Shown piece by piece: positions 45,152 to 54,654 of a DNA stretch of 64,000 nucleotides. Positions within the stretch are counted from its first letter, which is position 1; every line of letters starts with the position of its first letter. Position numbers and translations under genes: made by a program. The notes beneath the pieces are model-generated. The model had not been told where the DNA came from and did no database searches. It was given only the letters and a program-made list of their open reading frames with translations. Origin of the DNA: Terriglobia bacterium. Lineage in GTDB: Bacteria; Acidobacteriota; Terriglobia; Acidiferrales; UBA7541. The stretch covers positions 3,110-67,109 of the forward strand of contig JBGQGW010000001.1 in NCBI GenBank assembly GCA_041497605.1. Reading direction: 5' to 3'.

Positions 45152-45639
45152 GCCAGCATTCAAATTCAAATATATCGACAACGATTCATCCCCATCGTGC
45201 ATGGGACAAACATATGGAGGACTCCACTGCCGAAGTCTTTGAAATGATGGTCGGTGGGCCGATTGAGCTGATGACGGATGCCGGCGCCACTGCAACGGGC
45301 GACATCACCGGAATGATCGGCCTGGCTGGCGCCCTTTGCGGGGTTCTTAGTATCCGTTGTACGCAGGGTGCTGCCGAAAAGATCGCCTATCGGATGCTGG
45401 GCGGAACCGACAACTCTGCGAGCAGCCTGCGTGATGCCCTGGGAGAAATCTGTAACATGGTTGCCGGAAACTTGAAAAACAAAATCCCCGGCCTAGCCGA
45501 TTCCTGCATGCTTTCTGTGCCCACCGTCGTCTGCGGAGAAGATTACGAACTGTATACCATGGTGGATGGCGAACGCTTCCAGATCGCCATGAATTTTGAA
45601 GGGCTGCCTATCTGGATCGCACTCTCGCTCCACAACTAA
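45148..45639 (+). CDS. cheX: CheY-P phosphatase CheX
   Basis: 163 aa: EVFEMMVG...ITGMIGLAGALCGVLSIRC...ALGEICNMVAGNLKNKI (ExxN active-site helix). The start overlaps the cheY stop. Confidence 0.8.
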   Translation: MSQHSNSNISTTIHPHRAWDKHMEDSTAEVFEMMVGGPIELMTDAGATATGDITGMIGLAGALCGVLSIRCTQGAAEKIAYRMLGGTDNSASSLRDALGEICNMVAGNLKNKIPGLADSCMLSVPTVVCGEDYELYTMVDGERFQIAMNFEGLPIWIALSLHN

Positions 45640-45666
45640 TCGCCAACCTTTACCGATCAAATCTGG

Positions 45667-45695
45667 CCGGGGATTTAGAGTTTTCTAATCCCCGG
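45667..45695 (+). terminator. stem-loop after cheX (candidate operon terminator)
   Basis: CCGGGGATT-tagagttttct-AATCCCCGG, a 9-bp perfect stem with no clear U-tract. Confidence 0.45.
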
Positions 45696-45881
45696 GCTGG
45701 CGAGGATTACGGATTCTCGTTTTCTTGGCTTCTTGTGCTGTCCGAACTCTCTAGGCCGATGCCTCTCCAATTTTCCCCGTTTTAGCCGCCCATAAGTCCT
45801 GCCAATGCTTCATTCGCTCCTCATCCAATCCTAATCTTCTTTGGAGCTGAGAATGCTTTCTCAGTCATGGAGGTCGAGCCC

Positions 45882-46637
45882 ATGGACAGCGGATATTACG
45901 CGGCATTCTCCGGACTTCTGGCGCGTACGCAGGCGCTGGACGTCGTAGCCAATAACCTGGCGAACGTGAATACGACGGGATACAAGTCCCAGCACGAATT
46001 CTACGATGCACTGACTGCGAGCCAGGAAAATGCATCGCTCAGCCCGATCAACCAGGCGGCCAATCGTTTCGGAGTGTTGGGGGGCAATTTTGTTGATGTT
46101 CACGCCGGGCCCTTTGAGCCGACGGGAAACAGCCTCGACTTATCGATCCAGAAGGCGGGGTTCTTCGCTGTGCAAACGAAGTCCGGAGTGCGATACACGC
46201 GAAACGGGAATTTCCAGCTGAATAGCGCTCGACAACTCGTCACAAAGGAAGGCGACCCAGTCTTGGGGATTGGCGGCCCAACGATGGTTACGGACGCTCC
46301 GATTACGGTTCCTCCCGGCGAGCTCTCCGTGAGTGCCGATGGAACACTTTCCGTGGCCGGCACCTTGGCGGGGCAGTTGCGCGTCGTCGAACTCACACAG
46401 GGAGCGCAATTGGCCCCCGAGGGGAATTCTTATTTTTTGGCGCCTGCCGGGAGCGTGCACCCTTCGCTGAATCCGGAAGTGCAGCAGGGATCGTTGGAAG
46501 GATCGAATATGAATCCGGTAGCCGGCACGGTGGCGCTGATTGCCATCCAACGTTCCGCGCAGATGATGGAACGCGCGCTTTCGATTTTTAACAACGATTT
46601 TAACCGAACCGCGGCAGAGCAAGTCGCGCGAGATTAA
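45882..46637 (+). CDS. flgF: flagellar basal-body rod protein FlgF
   Basis: MDSGYYAAFSGLLARTQALDVVANNLANVNTTGYK..., C-terminus GSLEGSNMNPVAGTVALIAIQRSAQMMERAL. The tracked ORF starts at 45867. Confidence 0.9.
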   Translation: MDSGYYAAFSGLLARTQALDVVANNLANVNTTGYKSQHEFYDALTASQENASLSPINQAANRFGVLGGNFVDVHAGPFEPTGNSLDLSIQKAGFFAVQTKSGVRYTRNGNFQLNSARQLVTKEGDPVLGIGGPTMVTDAPITVPPGELSVSADGTLSVAGTLAGQLRVVELTQGAQLAPEGNSYFLAPAGSVHPSLNPEVQQGSLEGSNMNPVAGTVALIAIQRSAQMMERALSIFNNDFNRTAAEQVARD

Positions 46638-46655
46638 TAACCCCAAGGAGAAACA

Positions 46656-47447
46656 ATGTTTCGTGCCCTCTACACTGCGGCGAGCGGAATGAATGCGCAG
46701 CAGATGAACCTGGATAACATCGCGAATAATCTTGCGAACTCCAGCACGGCTGGATTCCGCCGACGCCGGCTGCAGTTTCAGGACTTGATGTACCAAAACC
46801 TGATCACGCCCGGCGCTGCGGCAACTCAGCAGACTACTTTGCCGGCGGGTCTGCAGATCGGGCTGGGCACGCGGGCTGCGGCCACCGAAGTTGTTCAAGC
46901 ACAGGGGGATTTCAGCTCTACGGGCAATCCGCTGGATCTGGCGATCCGAGGCCAGGGGTTTTTCCAGGTCACGACGCCGAGCGGCGAGATCGCTTATACG
47001 CGCAGCGGAACGTTTCATCTGGATTCCCAAGGTAACATGGTGACGGCCGATGGCGATGCTCTTCAGCCTTCCATTTCCATACCAGCAAACGCGCTGTCCG
47101 TCAGCATAGGCACAGACGGCACGGTGAGCGTAACGCAGCAGGGACAACAGCAATCGCAAATCGTCGGCACAATCCAGCTCGCCATGTTTCCAAATCCAGG
47201 CGGGCTGAACAGCATCGGCGGCAATCTTTTCCTGGCCACTTCCGCTTCCGGCGACCCGACTGTGGGAACGCCGGGTTCGGCGGAAGGTTTGGGCACAATT
47301 CAGCAGGGAATGCTCGAAGGCTCCAATGTAAGCGTGGTTGAGGAATTCGTGAACATGATCCTCGCGCAGCGTGCCTATGAAGCGAATTCGCGAGTGATAA
47401 AAGCGGCAGACGAAATGATGCAGCAATTGAACGGCCTGGCAACCTAA
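46656..47447 (+). CDS. flgG: flagellar distal rod protein FlgG
   Basis: 263 aa: MFRALYTAASGMNAQQMNLDNIANNLANSSTAGFRRRR...GMLEGSNVSVVEEFVNMILAQRAYEANSRVIKAADEM. Confidence 0.95.
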   Translation: MFRALYTAASGMNAQQMNLDNIANNLANSSTAGFRRRRLQFQDLMYQNLITPGAAATQQTTLPAGLQIGLGTRAAATEVVQAQGDFSSTGNPLDLAIRGQGFFQVTTPSGEIAYTRSGTFHLDSQGNMVTADGDALQPSISIPANALSVSIGTDGTVSVTQQGQQQSQIVGTIQLAMFPNPGGLNSIGGNLFLATSASGDPTVGTPGSAEGLGTIQQGMLEGSNVSVVEEFVNMILAQRAYEANSRVIKAADEMMQQLNGLAT

Positions 47448-47458
47448 GGATTGATGGC

Positions 47459-48376
47459 ATGACTTATATGGGCCAGATAGTGCGGCGGCTGAGTGTGATG
47501 ACTCTTGAGCTGGCGGCGATTGCGGCTGGCGTGGGAGCGGAGTCCGCGCGCCATGTCAGGCTTCTCGACGCGGTGACCGCTTCACACGACAGTGTCGCAC
47601 TTGCGGATCTGCTTCCGGGAGATGCGCCGGCGAAATTGCGCGCGCGGGTTTCGAGTATCACCGTAGCCAATTCGCCGCAACCTGGAATCACGCGCATGCT
47701 CCAGCGGAGTACGCTGCTGCAGAAACTGAAATCCACTCCGGATCTTCTCCAACAGCTCGAGATTCCGGATTGGATCGTGATCCGCCGTGAATCTCGCGAA
47801 CTCACGCGCGATGAAGTCTTCCGAACAATCCGCGGCACTCTGGAGCAGAATCATTTTCCCCAGGCGTTGCAATTGACTCCAGAAGCAATCCGAATGGCCG
47901 TGCCGGTCCACGTGACGCAGGCCAATTCCGGCCTCAGAGTTCTGAGAATGAATCTCGATCCGGAGTCCGGCACGATCATCTTCCAGCTCTGGCCATCCCA
48001 AGAGCCGAAGATTCACCCCTTCGATGTATCCGTCATTTTACAGCCGGGGATTACTGCTTGGAATTCGGCTATCCAACCAGGCCGAAGCGTGCAATTTGAC
48101 ACGATGGGTAAGGAAGTGCCGCAAAGAGAGAATCATCACTTCGCTACTGCAAAAACAACAGTCCGCACAGGTCATAAACCGGATACACCGCCGTTAGTGA
48201 CGCCAGGACAGATTGCAGTGATTCTCTTGCAAGGGAACGACATGCAAGTTTACACGTACGGCCTGCCGCTCGAGCGCGGCGCGCTCGGCGATACCATTCG
48301 CGTGCGAAGCGAATCTACCGGAAGAGTTTTTCTCGCGCAGGTGATGGCGCACAATTCCTTGCAGGCTGCGTTCTAA
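47459..48376 (+). CDS. flgA: flagellar P-ring assembly chaperone FlgA
   Basis: 305 aa located between flgG and flgH. The C-terminal SAF/FlgA-like part is VTPGQIAVILLQGNDMQVYTYGLPLERGALGDTIRVRSESTGRVFLAQV. Confidence 0.75.
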   Translation: MTYMGQIVRRLSVMTLELAAIAAGVGAESARHVRLLDAVTASHDSVALADLLPGDAPAKLRARVSSITVANSPQPGITRMLQRSTLLQKLKSTPDLLQQLEIPDWIVIRRESRELTRDEVFRTIRGTLEQNHFPQALQLTPEAIRMAVPVHVTQANSGLRVLRMNLDPESGTIIFQLWPSQEPKIHPFDVSVILQPGITAWNSAIQPGRSVQFDTMGKEVPQRENHHFATAKTTVRTGHKPDTPPLVTPGQIAVILLQGNDMQVYTYGLPLERGALGDTIRVRSESTGRVFLAQVMAHNSLQAAF

Positions 48377-48388
48377 CAGAGGCGACGA

Positions 48389-49123
48389 ATGAATCACGAA
48401 TTCGGGACCAAGAAATTGATGAGGATCGTGGCGATATTGCTGGCGGCCATTGGGACATTGCCAGGCCTGGCGGCCGCTAAATCAAAAGTGAAGAAGCGAG
48501 CGGGTCCGGCGAGCACCGGATTAGCCGACTATCTCAGCCGCATGAGATCTTCCGCTTTGCTGGGCGGGCCAACGACGATGGGGAGTTTGTGGAATCCTCA
48601 AAACAATTTTGTATCGTTCTCGACCGACTATAAGGCCCGCAATGCGGGCGATCTGGTGACCATTCTGCTGATCGATCAATTCGATTCGACTTCGAACAAT
48701 ACCATTAAGCAGCAGCGCACGTTCAGCACCAACTCGGCCGTTACCGGCCTGCTGGGCACCGTCGGCGCGCGCAGCCGTTTGCAGAACTTGTTCGCGGCCA
48801 ATTCAGCCGTGAACCTGAACGGTCAGGGACAATCGGCTGTGAACTCGAGTTTGAAGACTACCCTTTCCGGATATGTGGTGGAAGTCCTTCCGAACGGCAT
48901 ACTGGTGGTGGAAGCAGCGCGGGACATGAACATCAATAACGAGCGGCAAACAATTCTTGTGCGCGGCTTGATCCGTCCCGGTGATTTAGCCGCCGACAAT
49001 TCGGTTCCATCGAGCGCGCTGAGTAACCTGGAAGTGGAAGTGAAAGGCAAAGGCATTGTGAGCGATGGATCGCGCCAACCGAATATCGTGATCCGCACGT
49101 TGCTTCGCATCCTGGCGTTTTGA
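48389..49123 (+). CDS. flgH: flagellar L-ring protein FlgH
   Basis: 244 aa: signal peptide, GSLWNPQNNFVSFSTDYKARNAGDLVTILLIDQFDS, LSGYVVEVLPNGILVVEAARDMNINNERQTILVRGLIRPGDL. Confidence 0.9.
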   Translation: MNHEFGTKKLMRIVAILLAAIGTLPGLAAAKSKVKKRAGPASTGLADYLSRMRSSALLGGPTTMGSLWNPQNNFVSFSTDYKARNAGDLVTILLIDQFDSTSNNTIKQQRTFSTNSAVTGLLGTVGARSRLQNLFAANSAVNLNGQGQSAVNSSLKTTLSGYVVEVLPNGILVVEAARDMNINNERQTILVRGLIRPGDLAADNSVPSSALSNLEVEVKGKGIVSDGSRQPNIVIRTLLRILAF

Positions 49124-49143
49124 AATCGGGGAGACTCTATCGC

Positions 49144-50265
49144 ATGAAAAAGCTCTTCATCTTTCTGATTTTCGCGATCCTGGCCGCTCCGGCACACACC
49201 GGGGCAACCGAGGAAACAGCCAGGCGCGGTGCCCGCCTGAAAGACGTGGCGGATTTCGAGGGGATCCGTGACAACCCTTTGGTCGGTTATGGCTTGGTTG
49301 TGGGACTGAATGGGACCGGAGATCGCAATCAGACGATTTTTTCCACGCAAACACTGGCAAATATTCTGCAGCGAATGGGCGTCCAGATTCCGCCGACTCA
49401 GGTTCGTGTCTATAACGTGGCGGCCGTTTTTGTGACGGCCACTTTGCCGCCATTCGCACGTCCCGGGATGCAGATCGACGTCACTGTTTCTTCGATCGGC
49501 GACGCAAAGAGTCTGCAAGGCGGGTTTCTTTTGCTGACACCGCTCGCCGCGACTGATGGAAAGACCTATGCGATCGCGCAAGGCGCGGTCACGCTGGGCG
49601 GGTACAGTGCCGGGAAGACTGGAAATTCGAAACAAGTGAATCATCCCACGGTCGGCCGAATACCGGAAGGCGCAATCGTCGAAAAAGATACATCTCTCAA
49701 TTTGAAGGGGCTGACAACGCTTTCAGTTTTGCTCCGCGATCCAGACTTCGCAACGGCCCGAGACCTGGCTGTTACGATTAATCACGCCCTGGGCAAAGAT
49801 TTGGCTCATGCGATCGATAGCCGCCGAATCGAGCTCACTGGCTTTGGCACTGAGGCCGACGCGGTGCCCCAGCTTCTCGCGGCGATTGAAGACTTGCCAG
49901 TAAAAGTGGAACCTTCCGCTCGCGTGATCGTCAATGAGCGCACTGGAACGGTGGTGATGGGCGGCAATGTTACTCTTTCCGCCTGCTCGATCCTGCACGG
50001 CAATCTGACGATCGATGTCGTCACTGAATTCAAAGTTTCGCAGCCGCAGCCATTCTCGAAGGTTGGACAAACGGAAGTGGTGCCGGAAATCAAACTCAAG
50101 GCTGGGGACCTGCCGGCGCAGTCCATCCAATTGCGGGAGGGCGCTACCGTGGAAGATCTGGTTCACGGCTTGCAGCAGATCGGCGCTACTGCACGCGATA
50201 TTATCGCCATCTTGCAGGCTATGAAGCAGGCGGGCGCATTGCAAGCGAATCTGGAGGTCATCTAA
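49144..50265 (+). CDS. flgI: flagellar P-ring protein FlgI
   Basis: The ATG at 49144 gives MKKLFIFLIFAILAAPAHTG. Then RLKDVADFEGIRDNPLVGYGLVVGLNGTGD, and the C-terminus DLVHGLQQIGATARDIIAILQAMKQAGALQANLEVI. The tracked ORF starts at TTG 49120. Confidence 0.95.
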   Translation: MKKLFIFLIFAILAAPAHTGATEETARRGARLKDVADFEGIRDNPLVGYGLVVGLNGTGDRNQTIFSTQTLANILQRMGVQIPPTQVRVYNVAAVFVTATLPPFARPGMQIDVTVSSIGDAKSLQGGFLLLTPLAATDGKTYAIAQGAVTLGGYSAGKTGNSKQVNHPTVGRIPEGAIVEKDTSLNLKGLTTLSVLLRDPDFATARDLAVTINHALGKDLAHAIDSRRIELTGFGTEADAVPQLLAAIEDLPVKVEPSARVIVNERTGTVVMGGNVTLSACSILHGNLTIDVVTEFKVSQPQPFSKVGQTEVVPEIKLKAGDLPAQSIQLREGATVEDLVHGLQQIGATARDIIAILQAMKQAGALQANLEVI

Positions 50266-50618
50266 TGAACCCAATTCATTTAAATTCGCCAATCGCAGGT
50301 TTCCCGACAGATGCCGCGAACCCAGGCGGCCCGAAGCAGGCTGCCTCTGCGCATCCTACTGCCACCGATTCTGCCACGAGGAGCAAGGTGCAGAAAGCGG
50401 CACAGGATTTCGAGGCCCTGATGATTTCGACGCTGTGGAAATCCATGCGGGAAGAGAGCAATGAGTCCGGAGAGGAACAAGACGCCGCGAACCAAACCCT
50501 GGGTGATTGGGGCATGTCGGTTGCTGCCAACTCATTGGCTAAGTGGGGAGGTCTCGGCATTGGGAAGATGATCATCCATTCCCTGACTCCAAAAGTGGGT
50601 TTGGAACCCGCCAAATGA
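50265..50618 (+). CDS. flgJ: rod-binding protein FlgJ (N-terminal rod-binding domain only, no muramidase)
   Basis: 117 aa: KVQKAAQDFEALMISTLWKSMRE. It sits directly after flgI. Confidence 0.75.
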   Translation: MNPIHLNSPIAGFPTDAANPGGPKQAASAHPTATDSATRSKVQKAAQDFEALMISTLWKSMREESNESGEEQDAANQTLGDWGMSVAANSLAKWGGLGIGKMIIHSLTPKVGLEPAK

Positions 50619-50753
50619 ATATTCAACTATAGGGCGCGGCCGTGGCCCCCTTGGCGATAGCACACCTTTCCGCTAGAAATGTCGATAAACCGGCTAAAGC
50701 TTATGCCCGTTCTGCCGATCACCACCTTGTGGGAAAGCGGCGAGCAGGAAAAT

Positions 50754-50780
50754 TAAAGTTTTATTACCCGCTGCCGATGT
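50754..50780 (+). promoter_or_regulatory. sigma-28 (FliA) promoter of flgM
   Basis: TAAAGTTT-tattacccgct-GCCGATGT, compared with the consensus TAAAGTTT-N11-GCCGATAA. It lies about 38 nt upstream of the flgM ATG. Confidence 0.75.
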
Positions 50781-50818
50781 CTTAGGTGTGGGAGAGATAT
50801 AAAGATTGGAGAACCAAC

Positions 50819-51127
50819 ATGAGAATTGATTCAAATCGGCAGGCACAAGAAAGCAGCAAGGCAGAAGCATTGAATAACAACGCGGGTTCGCAGGGAGCAA
50901 AGAAATCGGCAGTCACTACTGCGCAGGCCGGTGACACGGTCAAGCTCTCATCCTTTTATGACCGTGTGGGTGAACTTGCGAAGAAGGCAAGCCAAGCACC
51001 CGAAGTGCGTCAGGAAAGAGTCGACTCCCTCAAGGCAGCAGTCAGAGAGGGTAAGTACAAAGTCGCGAGCGACCAGACGGCTGAAGCGATGTTCAATGAA
51101 TTGCTAAGCAAGGCTGCGTCGAAGTAG
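50819..51127 (+). CDS. flgM: anti-sigma-28 factor FlgM
   Basis: The ATG at 50819 follows GGAG. MRIDSNRQ...GDTVKLSS...EVRQERVDSLKAAVREGKYKVASDQTAEAMF is the typical FlgM C-terminus. Confidence 0.85.
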   Translation: MRIDSNRQAQESSKAEALNNNAGSQGAKKSAVTTAQAGDTVKLSSFYDRVGELAKKASQAPEVRQERVDSLKAAVREGKYKVASDQTAEAMFNELLSKAASK

Positions 51128-51322
51128 CCGCGTGCAGAAATGGGCGACTTGGTACCAACCCGGGTTGAACCGGTTTCCGACCGGAATGAAGAAAGTCCAT
51201 TCGGGGGGAATAGAAGGAGCCGACGAAAGCTGGCTCCGCCCCGTCCGGTTGATCAAGTTAAGGACGAACCAACCACAGATCAGGACGAACCGAAGCCTGA
51301 ACTGGATGAGATCGCATAGCCC

Positions 51323-51760
51323 GTGGAACATCACAGACACCATTTTCTGAATCTTCTCGAGCAACGACTGGCTTTGCTCAATCGGCTGGCCGGAGATTTG
51401 CGTGGCTGCAGTATTGCAATCGTAAACATGGACCTGGAAGGAATTCATACCCGAGTCGGCGAGCAAGAAAAGGTCTGCGCGCTGATCCGAGGACTGGACG
51501 ATGAAATCGAAGCGCTCCCGAGGACGTGCAGGAGCCATCTCCGCCCATCCGATGAGGATGCGCGGATCGCATGCGCGTTGGAACAAGTTTCCGCGGCGCA
51601 GCTTGAAGTGCGGCGGTTGAATCAGGTGCACGCCTCGCTTCTGTGCCGGTCACGCCGCACGCTGGGCGCATTGAAGAATTACATCGCGGCTTTCGCACCC
51701 ACTTATCCTTCGCCGCAATCGAATCTCCCGTCTTCTTCGACGGACTTAGGCAGGGCCTAA
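51323..51760 (+). CDS. flgN: FlgN-like flagellar chaperone (putative)
   Basis: 145 aa, helical, GTG start, located between flgM and flgK. FLNLLEQRLALLNRLAGDL...LEGIHTRVGEQEKVCALIRGLDDE. The assignment rests mainly on position and composition. Confidence 0.5.
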   Translation: MEHHRHHFLNLLEQRLALLNRLAGDLRGCSIAIVNMDLEGIHTRVGEQEKVCALIRGLDDEIEALPRTCRSHLRPSDEDARIACALEQVSAAQLEVRRLNQVHASLLCRSRRTLGALKNYIAAFAPTYPSPQSNLPSSSTDLGRA

Positions 51761-51763
51761 CCT

Positions 51764-53143
51764 GTGGGAACGCTCTCTGCATCACTGAACATCGCGCTCA
51801 GTTCACTATCCGCGAACGACGGCGCGATCACTACTACCAGCAACAATATAGCAAACGCCAATACGCCCGGTTACGCGCGGCAGATCTCGCAATTTGAAGA
51901 GACCGCCCCAGTCCTGGCAAGCGGGGTTGCCATTGGTACAGGAGTCACCCTGGGCAGGCCCCAAACTGTCCGCGACAATGTTCTTCAATTGCGTATTACT
52001 CAGGAAGCCCAGCAGGGTGGCCAGCTCGACTCATTCTTGAGCAGCATGAGTCAGGTTCAAACCCTCTTCAATGAAGCGTCTGGCACAGGATTGCAGCAAC
52101 CGCTGAGCGCCTTTTTCAACAGCCTTCAGCAACTTTCAACCGATCCCAGCAATTTGAGCTTGCGCCAGGGGGTGATTTCCGCGGGACAGAACCTTGCCAG
52201 CGCGTTTCACCAAGTGTCGAGTGGCCTGAGCGCGCAGCAGCAGAATTTAAACCTCGGTGTTAGGCAGACTGTCGGCCAAATCAACGAGCTGACAACCCAG
52301 ATTGCCGGAGTAAACGAGCAAGTGGGAGGGCTGGTCGCCGCCGGCCTGGATGCCAGTGCCTTCATCAGCCAGCGCGATGTGCTGCTCCGGAAACTTTCGA
52401 ACTTGATCCAGGTGAATCAGACAGACGCCGGCAATGGGACAGTCACCCTGACGACCGGCGAAGGGACGCCGCTGGTGGTCGGCGGCCAGAGCTACGATCT
52501 TGCGATCCGGCCCGATCCGGCGAGTGGCATGCAACAAATCTACTCGCAAGGCACAAACATCACTTCCCAGATTACTTCGGGAGAACTTGGCGGCCAGCTC
52601 CAGGTGCGCGATCAGCAGATCCCCTCCGTACTCTCCAATCTGGATGATCTTGCATTCGGCATCTCGAGTTCATTCAATACACAGAGCCAGGCCGGCTTCG
52701 ACTTGAATGGCGCCGCAGGCGGTGATTTGTTTATCGCGCCGCCCGCCTCAGTAGCCGGGTCGGCAAACTCGTTTGGCATGGCGATTACGGATCCATCGCT
52801 AATTGCCGCCAGCTCCGACGGTACGGCGGGGAGCAATGGAAATCTCAATGCGCTCGTCAATCTATCCAGGCAGGGAATTGTGAAGGGCCAGACACCGCTG
52901 AGCTACTACTCGAGCTTGATTTTTGGCATCGGCAACGCCATTTCGAACGCGACCATTGAGCAAAGCTCCGTCAAGCTCATTTCGCAGCAGCTCGTGAATC
53001 AGCGGGGAGCGCTTTCCGGCGTTTCTCTCGACGAAGAGGCGGCGAACCTGGTCAAGTTCCAACAAGCCTACGAAGCTTCGGCCCGAGTGATCACGATTAT
53101 TTCCGACTTGACGCTGGCAGCCGTGAACCTGGGCAAGGACTAA
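51764..53143 (+). CDS. flgK: flagellar hook-associated protein 1, FlgK
   Basis: 459 aa: LNIALSSLSANDGAITTTSNNIANANTPGYARQ...SLDEEAANLVKFQQAYEASARVITIISDL. Confidence 0.9.
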   Translation: MGTLSASLNIALSSLSANDGAITTTSNNIANANTPGYARQISQFEETAPVLASGVAIGTGVTLGRPQTVRDNVLQLRITQEAQQGGQLDSFLSSMSQVQTLFNEASGTGLQQPLSAFFNSLQQLSTDPSNLSLRQGVISAGQNLASAFHQVSSGLSAQQQNLNLGVRQTVGQINELTTQIAGVNEQVGGLVAAGLDASAFISQRDVLLRKLSNLIQVNQTDAGNGTVTLTTGEGTPLVVGGQSYDLAIRPDPASGMQQIYSQGTNITSQITSGELGGQLQVRDQQIPSVLSNLDDLAFGISSSFNTQSQAGFDLNGAAGGDLFIAPPASVAGSANSFGMAITDPSLIAASSDGTAGSNGNLNALVNLSRQGIVKGQTPLSYYSSLIFGIGNAISNATIEQSSVKLISQQLVNQRGALSGVSLDEEAANLVKFQQAYEASARVITIISDLTLAAVNLGKD

Positions 53144-53145
53144 CC

Positions 53146-54042
53146 ATGGCATTTCGAGTCAATCCCGATCTTTCCACCGATCTCCTCAGCAGCATCCAAC
53201 TGAGTCAAAGCCAAGTGAATGCGGCGCTCCAACAGATCGCCACCGGCCGGCGAGTCAATTCACTCAGCGACGATCCGGCGGCCTCCGCCGCGGTGATGTT
53301 CAACCACGCACAGTCCGCCAACGCCGATCAATACCTGTCGAATATCAATACGATGCAGGGGCTATTCCAGATAACGGATTCCACGCTCAGTTCCGCTGTC
53401 AACCTGATGGCCCATGCGGTACAACTGGGAGTGCAGGGGGCGAACGGCACGCTGAACGACTCCGACAGGCAGGCCATTGCCACGGAAGTCAGCGGTCTCC
53501 AACAGCAAATGTTGAGCCTGTCGAATCTTTCCTACCAGGGAAGCTACGTCTTCGCTGGTACAAATGTGCACACGCAGCCCTTCACGCTCGACCCCAACTC
53601 TGCCAGTGGCGTTACGTATAGCGGCAATACGAACGTGAATTCCGTGGACCTTTTGAACGGACAGCAAATGACGACGAATGTTCCGGGGAGTCAGATTTTT
53701 CTCAATCCCGCCGGCAGTATTTTTGGCACCTTACAAAATTTGCTCACGGCTCTGCAGACGAACACCAATATCGGTGCGGCGAGCACGGCTCTGCAAACTG
53801 CGGCAAGCCAACTGTATTCTCAACGGGTGTTCTACGGCAATGGCATGCAGCAAATGGAGTCGGCCACGTTATTTCTCAATCAGGAAAAAGTAGAGCTCAG
53901 CACGCAAGAAAACACTCTTGTGGGCGCGGATCTTGCCAAGGCAGCGACGAATCTTACCCAGGCACAGGCGAGTAGCTCAGCGGTACTCACCGCTACCGGG
54001 AAAATCTTGAACCGGAACACGCTCTTTGACTATCTGAAGTAG
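53146..54042 (+). CDS. flgL: flagellar hook-associated protein 3, FlgL
   Basis: 298 aa: flagellin-like N-terminus TGRRVNSLSDDPAASAAV, and C-terminus DLAKAATNLTQAQASSSAVLTATGKIL. Confidence 0.9.
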   Translation: MAFRVNPDLSTDLLSSIQLSQSQVNAALQQIATGRRVNSLSDDPAASAAVMFNHAQSANADQYLSNINTMQGLFQITDSTLSSAVNLMAHAVQLGVQGANGTLNDSDRQAIATEVSGLQQQMLSLSNLSYQGSYVFAGTNVHTQPFTLDPNSASGVTYSGNTNVNSVDLLNGQQMTTNVPGSQIFLNPAGSIFGTLQNLLTALQTNTNIGAASTALQTAASQLYSQRVFYGNGMQQMESATLFLNQEKVELSTQENTLVGADLAKAATNLTQAQASSSAVLTATGKILNRNTLFDYLK

Positions 54043-54297
54043 ATACTCAGACCCGAGGTAATTCCCCTTCACATTTTGCTGAGAGGAGTTTGGAATCTTG
54101 GAGCAACTTAGGCCGCAATAGGCCAAAGCGTGCCGTTGCATCCGTTCAGAATGAGAGGATACCTGCCGCCACGGTTTCGATGTACCGATCGATAAGACGG
54201 CTAATGCGGGCTCCCCGAGATCATGTACAGAGCCGTCGTTCATTCCGAAATCAATTTCTCGTGGCGGGGCGCCGCTGGTTTTCTTGAGCCACCGTAT

Positions 54298-54654
54298 TTA
54301 GAGGGTTTCTTCGCTGGCCCGAGCCCAGGCTCCGGCCGCTGTCACGTGTGCCTGCGCGTTTTGCAAGCGCGCCTTCTCCGCCAGCAGGCGCCCTAGGACG
54401 GACGGCAGGACCTTTGCCAACTCTTCTATGTTGTTCCGATACTCGCAGATTTCCTTTTCCAGTTCGGCGTCTGGAAAGGCATTCGATGCAAGACTGCGCC
54501 TGCATCCGGCAGCGCGCAAAACTACCGCGAGCAGGCCGGATAGATCTTCTGGTTTCAGGAGCCAGGGAGCGTTTGGTTCCGGCTGCAAGCGGGCCAACCC
54601 AGCGCGTAAATTATCGTTGGCGATGCGCAGGCTCGCGGCTGTATCACTTGACAT
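54298..54654 (-). CDS. hypothetical helical protein in the FliT position (translationally coupled to fliS)
   Basis: 118 aa. Its ATG overlaps the fliS TGA. It is helical (EKEICEYRNNIEELAKVLPSVLGRLLAEKARLQNAQ). I see no recognisable family signature. Confidence 0.5.
   Translation of the reverse strand: MSSDTAASLRIANDNLRAGLARLQPEPNAPWLLKPEDLSGLLAVVLRAAGCRRSLASNAFPDAELEKEICEYRNNIEELAKVLPSVLGRLLAEKARLQNAQAHVTAAGAWARASEETL

Noticed and set aside
45755-45762. GCCGATGC (a sigma-28 -10-like box) about 120 nt upstream of flgF.
   Set aside because: No TAAA/TCAA-like -35 box lies at the required 15-nt distance (the sequence there is TGCT). One isolated octamer is not enough.
51104-51631. 175-aa minus-strand ORF, and the plus-strand ORF 51132..51350, in the flgM-flgN region.
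   Set aside because: The minus-strand ORF is antisense to the FlgN-like gene and runs against an otherwise uniformly plus-strand operon. Neither translation has recognisable features.
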